Positions 22,530 to 32,757 of a stretch of DNA of 64,000 bases are shown piece by piece. This DNA comes from an uncultured Chloroflexia bacterium. Its GTDB lineage: Bacteria > Chloroflexota > Dehalococcoidia > DSTF01 > JALHUB01. Position 1 is the stretch's first letter. Each line of letters opens with the position of its first letter. The notes below the pieces were generated by a model. That model ran no database searches, was not told the origin of the DNA, and saw only the letters and a program-made list of their open reading frames with translations. The stretch is taken from NCBI GenBank assembly GCA_963703345.1, contig OY969814.1, positions 992,001 through 1,056,000 of the forward strand. Reading direction: 5' to 3'. A program made the translations under genes and the position numbers.

Positions 22530-23513
22530 CTAGTGCGGGGACTCCGCGTAACCGACGTGCCACTGCCCGCTACTGCTCTTCGCCGAATACCAGAGCTTGA
22601 ACAGCCGCGCGCCGGCATCGTAGAGAAGCGTCGAGCGATAAATGCGCTCGTTGTCCCAGCCGCTGGAGGGGCTAAGCAGCGGGCTGGAGTAGGTGGTCCA
22701 CTGGAGGCCGTCGTTGCTCGTCGCCAGCATCAGATGGGAGCCGGCGTTCGGCGAATCGACGTAGTCCATCACGTACTGCTTGTCGACATAAAGTACGTCG
22801 AGGTGCCAGGGCGTCGCCGCCAGGTCGACCTTCTGGACGGGCGACCAGGTGATGCCGTCCTTGCTCGTCGCGTGAAGCACACCGCTGCCGGCCGCCGTCC
22901 ACATGTGGAAGGTGCCGTTTACGAGCACGACGGCCGGGGACAGGAAGAGGGGGTAGCTGTCAAGGTTCCAGTGCATCACCGGCTGCGGCGCGCTCCAGCG
23001 AACGCCGTCGGCGGAGGTCAGCAGGAGGATGTCGTTGGTGTTCTGGCCGGTGCAGCGCTTCGACCGGGCCTGGCGGGTGTAGTAGAGGTAGAGCTTGTCG
23101 TTGGCGGGGTTGTAGACGAGGTCGGGGTCGCTGTTGTGGTCGCAGGGCGGCGCCGGAACGATGGGATTGGTAAGGCTGGCTGGCGGCGACCAGGTTTGGC
23201 CGTCGTCCGAGACCAGCATGCTCGGGTTCTCACGCGAATCGGCGCCGTTTGGATAGGGCGTCAGGGCCATCCAGTACTTATGGTTGTGCCAGCCCTTGGG
23301 GAAGTAGACGACGTCTGGGTGGGCGGCCTGGCCGGAGCCGTCGTAGGTCGGGATGTCGAGAGGGGCCGCGGCGTTGAGGAAGGAAGGCGGCGACCAGGGC
23401 GTCGGCGAGGCGGCCCGCCGCAGTGGGTTGAACGCCGCGCTACCGCCGCGGCAGCCGACAGCCGTCGCCAGCGGCAGCAGGCAAAGCGCCAGCAGAACGA
23501 CGCTCTTTCGCAA
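22530..23513 (-). CDS. Lipoprotein, glycoside-hydrolase-like beta-propeller with Asp-box-like repeats
   Basis: AVGC lipobox, repeated SxDGxxW motifs, HPDV/ENP/SDPD motifs. TTG start after GGAGG. Confidence 0.65.
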   Translation of the reverse strand: MRKSVVLLALCLLPLATAVGCRGGSAAFNPLRRAASPTPWSPPSFLNAAAPLDIPTYDGSGQAAHPDVVYFPKGWHNHKYWMALTPYPNGADSRENPSMLVSDDGQTWSPPASLTNPIVPAPPCDHNSDPDLVYNPANDKLYLYYTRQARSKRCTGQNTNDILLLTSADGVRWSAPQPVMHWNLDSYPLFLSPAVVLVNGTFHMWTAAGSGVLHATSKDGITWSPVQKVDLAATPWHLDVLYVDKQYVMDYVDSPNAGSHLMLATSNDGLQWTTYSSPLLSPSSGWDNERIYRSTLLYDAGARLFKLWYSAKSSSGQWHVGYAESPH

Positions 23514-23604
23514 CCCCCTGTCCTCCCCGCTGAAATCGCTCTTCCAAGGGTGACGATCCGCGCCCTTTCGGTCAAGAGGAAAATGCCTTAGGTTCTCTTT
23601 CGGT

Positions 23605-23634
23605 TTGACACCCCGCCGCGACAACGGCTAGAAT
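23605..23634 (+). promoter_or_regulatory. Sigma70-type promoter
   Basis: TTGACA-N18-TAGAAT upstream of the CDS at 23710. Confidence 0.55.
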
Positions 23635-23709
23635 GCCAGCGCTGTCACTTCGACGGCCCCCGCCAAAGCGGTACAGCGATCATTGTGGGGAGCAAGGAGG
23701 GAGCCATCC

Positions 23710-24552
23710 TTGGACGGTGAAGCGCCGGTCGGAGGCGCGGCATCCGGCCTCCTGGACCGTGTTGCACTCCCGCCGGCCAGCCGAATTCCCATCGTCGCCG
23801 GCGTCTACGCGCTGGGCGTCGCGCTCTTCCTCCTGCTCGAGCCGACGCGCGCTGTCTGGCTGCTGCTCACGACACTCATCGTCGGCCTGGGCAGCGACGG
23901 GATCGTTCGCTCCTACGCCGGCGGGTCGCTTCGCGGTCCCCTCGACACTGCGCCCTATCTGCTGGTGCCGGCGATCTTCAGCCTCGCCGCCGGCTTCTTC
24001 CTTCAGGAGACCGTCAGCGGCTACTGGAAGCTCCTGGCCGCCGTCGCCGCCGGAGGCATGATGGGCGGCATTCTATACGGCGAATGCCTATCGCTGGACA
24101 TCCACAGCGAGCTTTACGGAACGGGGCGATTCATCCTGAATATCGCCAGCTATCTCGCCGCGTTCGCCCTGTACGCGGTCATGTACAGCTATGGTGTCAA
24201 CCTCGTGCCCGCGGCGATCTGCGTCGGCCTCCTGACGACGGTGCTGGCTGCCGAAATTCTGCGCGAGACGGAGCTGATGCCGCCGCCGGTAGGGCGAAGG
24301 AGCCTGCGCTCACTCGGGTTCGCCCTCGCGATCGGCTTCGTCGTCGCCGAGGCGCGTTGGGCGTTGTACTTCGTGCCGCTGGAGGGTTTTCTAGCGGCCG
24401 TATTCCTGCTGCTATTCTTCTACGTTGCCAGCGGCATCGCGCAGCACCATCTCACGGGCCACCTGTCGCGACCGGTCGCAACGGAGTATGGGCTCGTGGC
24501 GTTTGTCGGGCTCGTGATGGTGATTCTGGGTCGATGGCTCGGCGGCGGCTAG
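23710..24552 (+). CDS. Polytopic membrane protein of unknown function
   Basis: About 9 hydrophobic segments; AAGGAGG RBS before a TTG start. Confidence 0.7.
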   Translation: MDGEAPVGGAASGLLDRVALPPASRIPIVAGVYALGVALFLLLEPTRAVWLLLTTLIVGLGSDGIVRSYAGGSLRGPLDTAPYLLVPAIFSLAAGFFLQETVSGYWKLLAAVAAGGMMGGILYGECLSLDIHSELYGTGRFILNIASYLAAFALYAVMYSYGVNLVPAAICVGLLTTVLAAEILRETELMPPPVGRRSLRSLGFALAIGFVVAEARWALYFVPLEGFLAAVFLLLFFYVASGIAQHHLTGHLSRPVATEYGLVAFVGLVMVILGRWLGGG

Positions 24553-24599
24553 CATGGATGCTTGTGGAGGCGTGCGGCGTTTGGTAGGATAGGGCGGGT

Positions 24600-24676
24600 C
24601 GGGGTGTAGCGCAGCCCGGTAGCGCACCTGAATGGGGTTCAGGAGGTCGTGGGTTCGAATCCCACCGCCCCGACCA
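24600..24676 (+). tRNA. tRNA-Pro(GGG), intact; integration site
   Basis: Cloverleaf with CGGGGTG/CGCCCCG acceptor, CCTGA/TCAGG anticodon stem with GGG, GTTCGAATC T-loop, encoded CCA. Confidence 0.97.
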
Positions 24677-24717
24677 GTTTCCCTACAAACTGGCACAGAA
24701 CAGCCCATTATCGGGGT

Positions 24718-24750
24718 GGAAACCCGCCGAAAAGGCGGGTTTCCTGCTTT
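24718..24750 (+). terminator. Terminator downstream of tRNA-Pro
   Basis: GGAAACCCGCC-GAAAA-GGCGGGTTTCC followed by TGCTTTT. Confidence 0.7.
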
Positions 24751-24921
24751 TCTGGGGCGTTTTGGGGGCTCTCACCCATCCATCGTAAACGCCCCAGATG
24801 CGCGCGGTGAGCCGGTTACGGTACCTGAAACGGTGTTCTATTTTGCAACAGTCTTAGGGCATTCAGGCGAACAGCGATTTTGACAGGGCGGCAATTAACG
24901 GTGATCTGGGAGGAAGCTAGC

Positions 24922-26013
24922 ATGAAGATGAGAAAACGAAACCCAAGGTGGCAGGACATGGACAAGAAGAACACCCCGTTCAACCGCCTGATCGACGACT
25001 TCCTGCTGGCCAAACGCTCGGCCGGCTGCTCGGAGAAGACGGTCTCCTGGTACCGCGACAACATCCTGAGCTATGTGCGCTTTCTCGAGGGCGAGGGCAA
25101 CCCGGCCGTGCTGAAGAGCTTCTCAGCCGACAGCGTGCGCCGCTACACGGTCCACCTGCAGGGACGTAGGGTGAAGTTCGAAAACAATCCCCTGCGGCGG
25201 ACGGTCGGCGAGGCGCTGTCCAGCCAGACCGTCTTCGGCTACGTCGCCACCCTCGGCGTCTTCGCCACCTGGCTGGCTGCCGAGGGCTACACGCGTAGCA
25301 ATCTCCTGCAGGGGGTACCGCGGCCGCGGAAACGGAAGACGGCGGTCAGCGGTCTCAGCCGGGAGGAGATCGAGAGCCTTCTGGCCCGGGTTCCCAAGCA
25401 TACGCTGGTCGGTACCCGTGACCGGGCGATCCTGATAACCCTCCTGGACTGCGGCCTCCGCGCCTCCGAGCTCTGCGACCTGACGCTGAACGAGGCCCAC
25501 ATCGAGGGGGGCTACCTGAAGGTGCTGGGCAAGGGGAACAAGGAGCGGATAGTGCCGGTCGGCGCCGCCGCCTGCCGGGCGATCCTCCGCTACCGTGACT
25601 TCTTTCGCCGGGATCAGGGCAAGCCGGCGCCCAACCTCTTTCTGTCCGTTCACGGCGGCAGATTGAGCCCGGAGGCGCTCCGTCTAATGGTGCAGAGATG
25701 GGCCAAGTCGGCGGGAATCAAAGGTGCGACCGTGCACAAGCTCCGTCACACCTTCGCCCTCCAGTACCTGATGGCCGGCGGCGATGCCTTCAGCCTGCAG
25801 AAGATCCTCGGCCATACGACGATGGACATGACGCGGAACTACGTCAACATACTGCCGGCGCAGCTCGTGGAGAAGCACCGCCTTCACTCGCCGATGGACC
25901 GGATGACGATCGGCTTTCCCTCGACAAAGGGGCGAACGGACGGCAGGGACGAGTGTGGGCGTTTCGCGTCCTCCCTCCCCCGTCGCCGTAGCAGCGGTCG
26001 CGGTCGCGGATGA
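24922..26013 (+). CDS. Tyrosine recombinase/integrase
   Basis: GLRASE, GKGNKER, HKLRHT, LGH and RNY catalytic motifs; GGAGGA RBS. The last codons run into an IS remnant. Confidence 0.9.
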   Translation: MKMRKRNPRWQDMDKKNTPFNRLIDDFLLAKRSAGCSEKTVSWYRDNILSYVRFLEGEGNPAVLKSFSADSVRRYTVHLQGRRVKFENNPLRRTVGEALSSQTVFGYVATLGVFATWLAAEGYTRSNLLQGVPRPRKRKTAVSGLSREEIESLLARVPKHTLVGTRDRAILITLLDCGLRASELCDLTLNEAHIEGGYLKVLGKGNKERIVPVGAAACRAILRYRDFFRRDQGKPAPNLFLSVHGGRLSPEALRLMVQRWAKSAGIKGATVHKLRHTFALQYLMAGGDAFSLQKILGHTTMDMTRNYVNILPAQLVEKHRLHSPMDRMTIGFPSTKGRTDGRDECGRFASSLPRRRSSGRGRG

Positions 26014-26792
26014 GGTAGCGCGGCTGCTCGCCCCAAGGCGTCGCCGCGATCAGCTGGCGCCAGACCCACTCAGCGGTCGGATGAGCAGTCACGTTCAGGT
26101 GAACCAAACTCCGCCGGTGATGGGCAATGAACAAGAACACATACAAGGTCTTGAAGGTCACGGTCTGGACCGTGAAGAAGTCAGCGGCCCAGATGTGCGG
26201 TGCATGATTGCGGAGGAAGGTGCGCCAGGATTGGGACGGCGGCCGCCGCAGGGCGGAGCGGCGGTAGCAGCGGACAGATTCGGCACTGACCTGGAAGCCG
26301 AGCTTGGCGAGCTCGCCGCGGATGCGCACGCTTCCCCAGCGCGGGTTCTCCCTCGCCAGCCGCCGGATCAACTCCCTCACCTCAGTAGGGACAGGCGGCC
26401 TTCCCGGACCCCGATGCTGTCTGCTCCTCCAGGTCCAGTACTGTCGCCAGGCTTTGCGCTGCCACCGGACTACGGTGTCCGGCTGCACGATGACCAAGGT
26501 CCTCCGCCAATCAGACCAGAGGCGCGAGAGCCAGGACCAGAACAGACGGTCAGTCGCCCTCAACCTCGGCCGGCGAGATTGGCGGGAGAGGACGGCGAGC
26601 TGCTGGCGAAGGGCGATGTTCTCAAGCACGAGACACTGCCGCGAACGCAGGGTGCTGCGCAGGAGGGAGCAGAGGAGGAGGAGATATGCGATCAAGGACG
26701 GACCTCCCTGAGGGCAGAGTGCCTCAAGGCTGGTCCACTCACATCACAAGGTCAACCCTCTCTAGATACGGATGAGATTCTTGGCTCCCACA
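25984..26792 (-). mobile_element. Truncated IS (integrase-core/rve transposase, IS481-like)
   Basis: ORF from 26695 closely matches 62535-63566 but breaks after RDRDRCYG. One terminal repeat at 26764-26792 ending ACA. Confidence 0.85.
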
Positions 26793-26793
26793 G

Positions 26794-27273
26794 GTGACGA
26801 TACCCGAAGCGAGGTCGGGGGGACGCGAGGTATGGGGCTACCCTAAGTTCCTGACGCAGATACCGAGCGACGTCGCCGACAAGCAGTTCAAGTTCGCGGT
26901 GCTGGACCCCGATTCCGGCGAGCCCATCGTCGACGTAAAGGGAGAGATGGGACGCGGCCTCTCGGTGGGCGCGTTCAACATGATCACGTTCAGCAACCAC
27001 GACGACAAGATCCTGCGGACGGTGGTGGAAGCGGAGGGCAAGCTCAGACTCTCCGGCTGCAAGGGCATCGAGGTGAAGGTCGCGTTGACCAGCCACCGGA
27101 TGGCGGAGAGCCTGAGGGCGCTGGGGCTGGAGACGGCCAAGCCGTTCGGCATTATGAGCTCCGATTACATGCGGACGAAGCTGAACCCGGGAATACCCGT
27201 CGCGGAGTACAAGACGCCGGAACTGCCGTATCGCTACGCCGAGGAGCTGGAGTTCCTCAAGAGCAGGGCGTAG
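26794..27273 (+). pseudogene. Acetoacetate-decarboxylase-family gene, 5' truncated by the IS
   Basis: GREVWGYPK motif only about 10 codons from the IS end, so the N-terminal part is missing. Confidence 0.65.
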
Positions 27274-27384
27274 GGACTTCGGAGACGAACCACCAGCGCC
27301 GCGACTATAGCACTGCCTTTTCCGCCCGTCAACGCTCGTTCTGGCGCGGCACTATGTCCTCTCTGTATCCTTACCCTGCTATGT

Positions 27385-27535
27385 TAAAGGTCAGCACAGC
27401 GAAGCGGGCTGACCCTACCATGTCCTGGCTGTGTGCCTTTGATCCGACTTGTCGCCTGTTCGCTGTGCTCACGGGGCTTGACCTGATAGGGGCCCGTCTT
27501 CGACCCGAGAGAGGCTAGTCAGCCCCTGAGACTGC
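27385..27535 (+). ncRNA. Predicted IS110 bridge RNA (target- and donor-binding loops)
   Basis: Stems 27393-27414/27451-27469 and 27468-27482/27518-27530 enclose loops that match the insertion site and the element ends. Transcript ends are approximate. Confidence 0.75.
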
Positions 27536-27553
27536 GCTCGGAGGGAGGCATAG

Positions 27554-28615
27554 ATGATCACGATTGGGGTTGACGCCCACAAGCGAATGCATGTCGCTCT
27601 GGCACTCGATGATGCTGGGCAGGAGCTCGGCCACTGGCGCGGCGCCAACAGCGCCGTGGGCTGGCGGAGCCTGGCCCAGTGGGCAAGTGAACTGGGGTGT
27701 CAGCGGCGGTGGGCAATCGAAGGCGCTTGGAACTACGGCCGGGGCTTAGCGCAACAGCTGGTGACGGCAGGGGAGACGGTGTACGAGGTCAACCCGCGCT
27801 GGACCGCCCTGGGCCGACGGAGCGCCCGAAAGCCTGGCAAGACGGACAGGTTGGACGCGCACGCCGTGGCGCTTCTGGCCCGACGGGAGGCGTCCACTCT
27901 GCCGCGTGTCTCGCCGGAAGATGACACCGCTATCCTCGCCTTGCTCACGACAGAGCGCGAGGCGGCGCTTGGCGAGGCAACGCGCCTTGGCAACCAGATT
28001 CACGCCCTTCTGATGCAGCTTAACCCCGAATACGATGGTCACCTGCCCAACCTCCGCTCCAAGGCAGGCCTCGATGCACTGGAGAGCTACGCCTCGCCCA
28101 GCGGCTGCTTGCTGCAAGACGAGCGGGCGGCAGCCGTGCGAAGGCTAGCCAAACGTCTACGGCTGGCTCTTAGTCAGGCAAAGGAACTGGCCCGACAGAT
28201 CGCAGCGCATGCCGAGGCTGGCTTCTCGCCTCTAACTCGGTTGTGTGGTGTCAATCTCCTCACTGCCGGCATGCTGGCCGGTATTCTCGGCCCGGGGCGT
28301 GGGTTCTCTACTGATGCCGAACTGGCCGCCTATGCAGGCGCTGCGGCGCTTGAGGCTTCTTCCGCTGGACTTACTCGTCATCGTCTGAATCGCGGCGGCA
28401 ATCGGCGGCTCAACTCCATCCTCTATTGGATCGCGCTAACCCAGGCCCATTATTCGCCTGAGGCACGCGCCTATCTTGATCGCCGAGTTTCCGAGGGGAA
28501 GAGCCGACGAGAGGCCATTCGTGCTCTGAAGCGCTTCATCGTTCGCGCTATTTGGCGGCTCTGGCAGGAGTGCGAGGCCAGTTCTATCAAGCCGCGGGTC
28601 GAGAATGCCGCCTGA
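27554..28615 (+). CDS. IS110 family DEDD recombinase/transposase
   Basis: IGVDAHK, AIEG, GKTDRLDA, SSAG...RLNRGGNRRLN, RALKR. Confidence 0.93.
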   Translation: MITIGVDAHKRMHVALALDDAGQELGHWRGANSAVGWRSLAQWASELGCQRRWAIEGAWNYGRGLAQQLVTAGETVYEVNPRWTALGRRSARKPGKTDRLDAHAVALLARREASTLPRVSPEDDTAILALLTTEREAALGEATRLGNQIHALLMQLNPEYDGHLPNLRSKAGLDALESYASPSGCLLQDERAAAVRRLAKRLRLALSQAKELARQIAAHAEAGFSPLTRLCGVNLLTAGMLAGILGPGRGFSTDAELAAYAGAAALEASSAGLTRHRLNRGGNRRLNSILYWIALTQAHYSPEARAYLDRRVSEGKSRREAIRALKRFIVRAIWRLWQECEASSIKPRVENAA

Positions 28616-28728
28616 TCTTGTACATAGGAGCGTCGGATCGTGTCTGCTGGCCGAGACCGTCAAGCTGAGACAAGTTACAATGAAGCGTCGCGGCTTCGTA
28701 GACGGTGAGATTGGACGGCTAAAGCCAG

Positions 28729-29826
28729 ATGCTCGCACTACAAGAGATAAGGCGGAAGAGACTCCAGTTCGGACTTATAACCCTCATCGTCGGTCTCGTG
28801 GTCTACCTGCTAGTGATGATAAGCGCACTGGGAAGTGGTCTGATGTCGGCCATGTCCGGCGCGGTGGATTCCTTCAACGCCGACCTGGTGGTGTTCAGTG
28901 CAGACTCAAACAAAAGCTTCCTAAGGAGCGAGCTCACCGCCGACCAGCAGGGCGCCATGGTAGGGCTGTTGGGTGCGGATAGGACCGGAGCAGTCGGCTA
29001 CATGGTCGCCACGGCGCAACGAACGGTAGGGAGCGAGGAAGTTGCCCTCTTCGGCTTCCAGCCGGGCAGCATCGCCGAGCCCGCTGTGAGGTCGGGTCGG
29101 CCGATTGAGGGCCAAGATGAGATCCTGATCGACGCGAGCCTGTCCCGCTCCAGCGGCTTGCGGCTCGGCGATGTCGTTGTTATGCGCAGCGCCCTGAAGG
29201 ACTACGAGTTTACGGTCGTCGGCGAGGTCGAAAGTGGACAGTTCTTGGGGCTCCCTGCGGCCTGGGTCAGCATCGACCGCTGGCGCGAGATGCGCTACCC
29301 GGGGCAGGGTAAGGATGCCCCCGCCGCCAGCGTTCTCCTGATCCGAGGTGGCGGAGCCGACGTGGGTGGCCGTGTGGAGGCGGCGGTCGGCAATACAAGC
29401 GTTGTCACAAAGAGCGCTGCCATAGCCTCCATCGGAGGTGTAAAGCAGCAGCAGCAGGTTGTGATGACGATAGAGCTTTTCGGGTTCGTTATCGGAGCTC
29501 TGGTGATCGGCTCCTTCTTCTTCGTCCTGACGATGCAGCGGTCATACGAGATCGCCATATTCAAGGCGATTGGTGCTTCCAACTGGTGGGTTTTTGGCCA
29601 ACTGATCCGCCAGGTGATGGTCGTAGCCCTGGCCGGCGTCGCTATGGGTATACCGCTGGCTCTGCTGACGGCAGCGGTTATCCCTTCGGACGTACCCTTG
29701 GAAGTGACGGCGAGTGCCTTCCTAACAGGAGGGATCAGCATAACCATCGCGGCGCTTATTGGTGGCGTCTTTTCGGCTCGTCAGGTGGTCCGGGTGAACC
29801 CCCTGAGCGCGCTGGGGCAGGTGTGA
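28729..29826 (+). CDS. ABC transporter permease (MacB/FtsX-like)
   Basis: N-terminal TM, extracytoplasmic domain, EIAIFKAIGAS, three C-terminal TMs. Confidence 0.85.
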   Translation: MLALQEIRRKRLQFGLITLIVGLVVYLLVMISALGSGLMSAMSGAVDSFNADLVVFSADSNKSFLRSELTADQQGAMVGLLGADRTGAVGYMVATAQRTVGSEEVALFGFQPGSIAEPAVRSGRPIEGQDEILIDASLSRSSGLRLGDVVVMRSALKDYEFTVVGEVESGQFLGLPAAWVSIDRWREMRYPGQGKDAPAASVLLIRGGGADVGGRVEAAVGNTSVVTKSAAIASIGGVKQQQQVVMTIELFGFVIGALVIGSFFFVLTMQRSYEIAIFKAIGASNWWVFGQLIRQVMVVALAGVAMGIPLALLTAAVIPSDVPLEVTASAFLTGGISITIAALIGGVFSARQVVRVNPLSALGQV

Positions 29827-30524
29827 TGATTGAGGATGATCAGGGACTGATAGCGCAGTCGCTGGCAAAAGTCTACGCGTCCGGCGAAACGACCGTAGAA
29901 GCAGTCCGCGAGGCTTCCCTCACCGTACGTCCGGGTGAGTTCGTTGCGGTCGTGGGGCCGAGCGGCTCCGGGAAGACGACCCTGCTGGCGATGCTTGGCG
30001 GGTTGGTCACCCCCACCCGCGGACGCGTCATCGTCGGCGCCACTGACATCGCCCACTTGAGCGAGGCGAAGCGAGCGCGCTTCCGCAGGGAACGGGTAGG
30101 GTTCGTATTCCAGGGCTTCAACCTAGTTCCCTACCTGACCGCGGAGCAGAACATCCTGACAATCGCCTCCATTTCCGGCAAACTCAATGGAGAAGCGCGG
30201 AGAAGGGCTCGCCAGCTACTACAGGAGTTAGGCATGGGGGAACGATCCCATCATCTTCCGGGTAAGCTATCAGGTGGGGAGAGGCAGCGGGTCGCCATCG
30301 GTCGGGCACTTATGAACGACCCTCTTCTGGTGCTGGTAGACGAGCCCACCTCAAACCTGGACTCTGAGCAGGGCAGCGCTGTGGTGCGTAGTTTGGCTGA
30401 TGAGGTAAAGGTACGTAACAAGATCGGTGTCATGGTCACGCACGATCGACGGATGTTGACGTACGTGGACAGAGTACTTGAGATGGCCGACGGACAGCTT
30501 CTGTCGCCTCGGGAAACCCACTGA
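29826..30524 (+). CDS. ABC transporter ATP-binding protein (LolD/MacB-like)
   Basis: GPSGSGKTT, LSGGERQRVA, DEPT; TGATG coupling to the permease. Confidence 0.92.
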   Translation: MIEDDQGLIAQSLAKVYASGETTVEAVREASLTVRPGEFVAVVGPSGSGKTTLLAMLGGLVTPTRGRVIVGATDIAHLSEAKRARFRRERVGFVFQGFNLVPYLTAEQNILTIASISGKLNGEARRRARQLLQELGMGERSHHLPGKLSGGERQRVAIGRALMNDPLLVLVDEPTSNLDSEQGSAVVRSLADEVKVRNKIGVMVTHDRRMLTYVDRVLEMADGQLLSPRETH

Positions 30525-30762
30525 GAGTCTCGGCCACGAGCACGCATGAATGCGGTCTTGGAGCGGGACTCGATATCCGTGGCCCACACGATGCACGCTT
30601 AGTGTGCGTTCCTGCCGACGCCAGAGCGTCGCTGCCGTCAGCCGTGGAGGAAAGCGATGCCCGACCTTTTCTCGCCCGCCTTGTGAGATTCAACGGCGTG
30701 GAGCAAGGCGGCACGGGCGGCGTTTGCAGAACTACCCCGGCATACCGAGCACGAGAGTTCCT

Positions 30763-32640
30763 CTAATTCCCACCCATCAGGTCTTGCGCGATGCCCAGAT
30801 GATATTGGCTCATCGCGTCGTTCCCCAGCCAGGCATATACGCTTGCAACCTCCTGGCGCACCGTCAGATTGTAGGGGTCTAGAGCGACGGCCTCTTCCAG
30901 CAACCGGTACACGTCTTCCACCGGCTCAACCCGCAGATTCGCCAGTTCACCCCGCACCGACGCGAGCATCAGCACGGAATACGCGTCCGGCGCATAGTCT
31001 CGGGTCACCCGTTCGTAGGTGGCCTCCGACCGTTCAAGCCAGGCGGTCGACTCGGTTGACGCCACCGCCAGGTCGTATTCGTACTGCCCACGGTCCAGTA
31101 GATACTGACGTTCCAAGGGATTAAGTGTAGACGCTTGTTGCGAGAGACGGACAGCGTTTTCGAGGTCGCCGGCCGCCGCCGCTCGCTGCGCTTCCCCGGC
31201 AGCCAAGTCGCCACCAACGAGGGTGGCCGCCCACGCCAGCGCAACGAAGCCGCCGACCAACGCGGCCGCTCCGAACGCCCAGCGAGAAAGCCGTCGCCGT
31301 CCCGTCGTTGGTTGGCAGTTCGATGGCGCGACGCCGCTTGCTGCGCCGACCGCGGCGCCCATCAGAAGCCAGAGCACCCAAGTCGTCATGCCCTCCGTGA
31401 AACCGAAGTAGAGGGCGGAAACATAGCCGACGATTGCTGCCATCGACCCCACCAGGCCGTAACGCAATCGTCTGTCGCAACAAAGAGACGTGCTGCTCCA
31501 AGAGACGGTCAACACAGTGACCAACAGCCAGACGAAGGCGCCAAGCCCAAGGAGACCGGTCCCGGTCCCCAGATCGAGGAAGACGTTGTGGGCGCTTTCG
31601 GGCCGAACGTTATCGGTGCCAATGCCCGGCTGGTTAGGCCGACGGTACTTCGAGAAGAGGATGGGAAAGGCATCTTGCCCTCCGCCAAAGATAGGTCGAT
31701 CTGCCATCATCTCCAGCGCGGATCGCCACAGGCCAATTCTCATCGCCACGGACGTCTCGGTGAAATCGGTTGCTGACGCGATGCGCTCAGCGCCATGACT
31801 CGCTACGCTCCTGCCTTGAGCCATGGTTACGAACAGAGTGCCGCTTAGGATTAGGCCGAGCAGCACACAGAGAACACCGAACCTTGTCCACCGGACGCTG
31901 TGTATCAAGGAGGCTGCCAGGATGACCGCGACTGCGGCTGCTCCAATCCAGCCGGCCCGGCTCGACGTCAGGAGCAGGGCGATCACCATCACGACGGCTC
32001 CGACGGCCAACAGCCAGCGCCAGGAGCTCCCTCGGCCCACAAACAGTCCCGCCGTGGCTGCCAGGCTGACCACGAGGAAGGCACCCAGCACATCGGGTTG
32101 GCCAAACGTGGAGCCAACGCGGCCCTCTGGAATCTGTACCCACTCAATCCAGTCCAGCCCTAGCCGTTGGATCAGCGCATAGCCGGCCACCGCTGTCCCT
32201 GAGACAAACATGCCGCCCAGCACTATGCTCAAGTCCCGGCGCGATCGTACGAAAGCGGCCGAAACCAAGAAGAGCGCAACGTAGAGAAGAGTAGGAAGCA
32301 GACCTTGGTACCGCTCACTCTCGCCGAGAAGGCTAGCCCGTCGGTCAACGGCGAATGCGACGGCAACTACGTTGGCGATGATGAAGGCCAGAAGAGGCAA
32401 GACAACCGCTGCCCGAAGGCTCCAGTCCTCGCCCTTGCCACGGGCCGCCATGTATGCGATCCACAAGAGCCCGCCGCCGACGAACGCAGCGGTCGCGGCC
32501 AGCCGAGGCAGCACCAGTTGGTCAGCCAGTGGCTCCACAACCACAAGCGGAACCACCACCGCCAAGAGGGCCAGCCAGAGAGCGCCCGTGACACCAGGCG
32601 ATGCGCCGGCGAGATCACGCAGTCTCAGCGAGGTACGCAA
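30763..32640 (-). CDS. O-antigen ligase/O-oligosaccharyltransferase-like membrane protein with TPR-like C-terminus
   Basis: RVGSTFGQP, TSSRAGW, RIGLW, SAHNVFL (Wzy_C-type motifs). Confidence 0.85.
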   Translation of the reverse strand: MRTSLRLRDLAGASPGVTGALWLALLAVVVPLVVVEPLADQLVLPRLAATAAFVGGGLLWIAYMAARGKGEDWSLRAAVVLPLLAFIIANVVAVAFAVDRRASLLGESERYQGLLPTLLYVALFLVSAAFVRSRRDLSIVLGGMFVSGTAVAGYALIQRLGLDWIEWVQIPEGRVGSTFGQPDVLGAFLVVSLAATAGLFVGRGSSWRWLLAVGAVVMVIALLLTSSRAGWIGAAAVAVILAASLIHSVRWTRFGVLCVLLGLILSGTLFVTMAQGRSVASHGAERIASATDFTETSVAMRIGLWRSALEMMADRPIFGGGQDAFPILFSKYRRPNQPGIGTDNVRPESAHNVFLDLGTGTGLLGLGAFVWLLVTVLTVSWSSTSLCCDRRLRYGLVGSMAAIVGYVSALYFGFTEGMTTWVLWLLMGAAVGAASGVAPSNCQPTTGRRRLSRWAFGAAALVGGFVALAWAATLVGGDLAAGEAQRAAAAGDLENAVRLSQQASTLNPLERQYLLDRGQYEYDLAVASTESTAWLERSEATYERVTRDYAPDAYSVLMLASVRGELANLRVEPVEDVYRLLEEAVALDPYNLTVRQEVASVYAWLGNDAMSQYHLGIAQDLMGGN

Positions 32641-32757
32641 GACGTGTATGCGCCCAACGAATAGGTATTAGCGGAGAGCCGGCACACTCGAGCGACAGCC
32701 AATGCCGAAGTCCGAGAGCTCCTCACCAAAGAGGTGCGGTAAGCCAGCGCCAGCAGG

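Larger units (their letters stand above)
27359..28634 (+). mobile_element. IS110-family element with GTC core at both junctions
   Basis: GTC at 27356-27358 and 28632-28634; guide matches in the left non-coding end (see findings). Confidence 0.8.
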
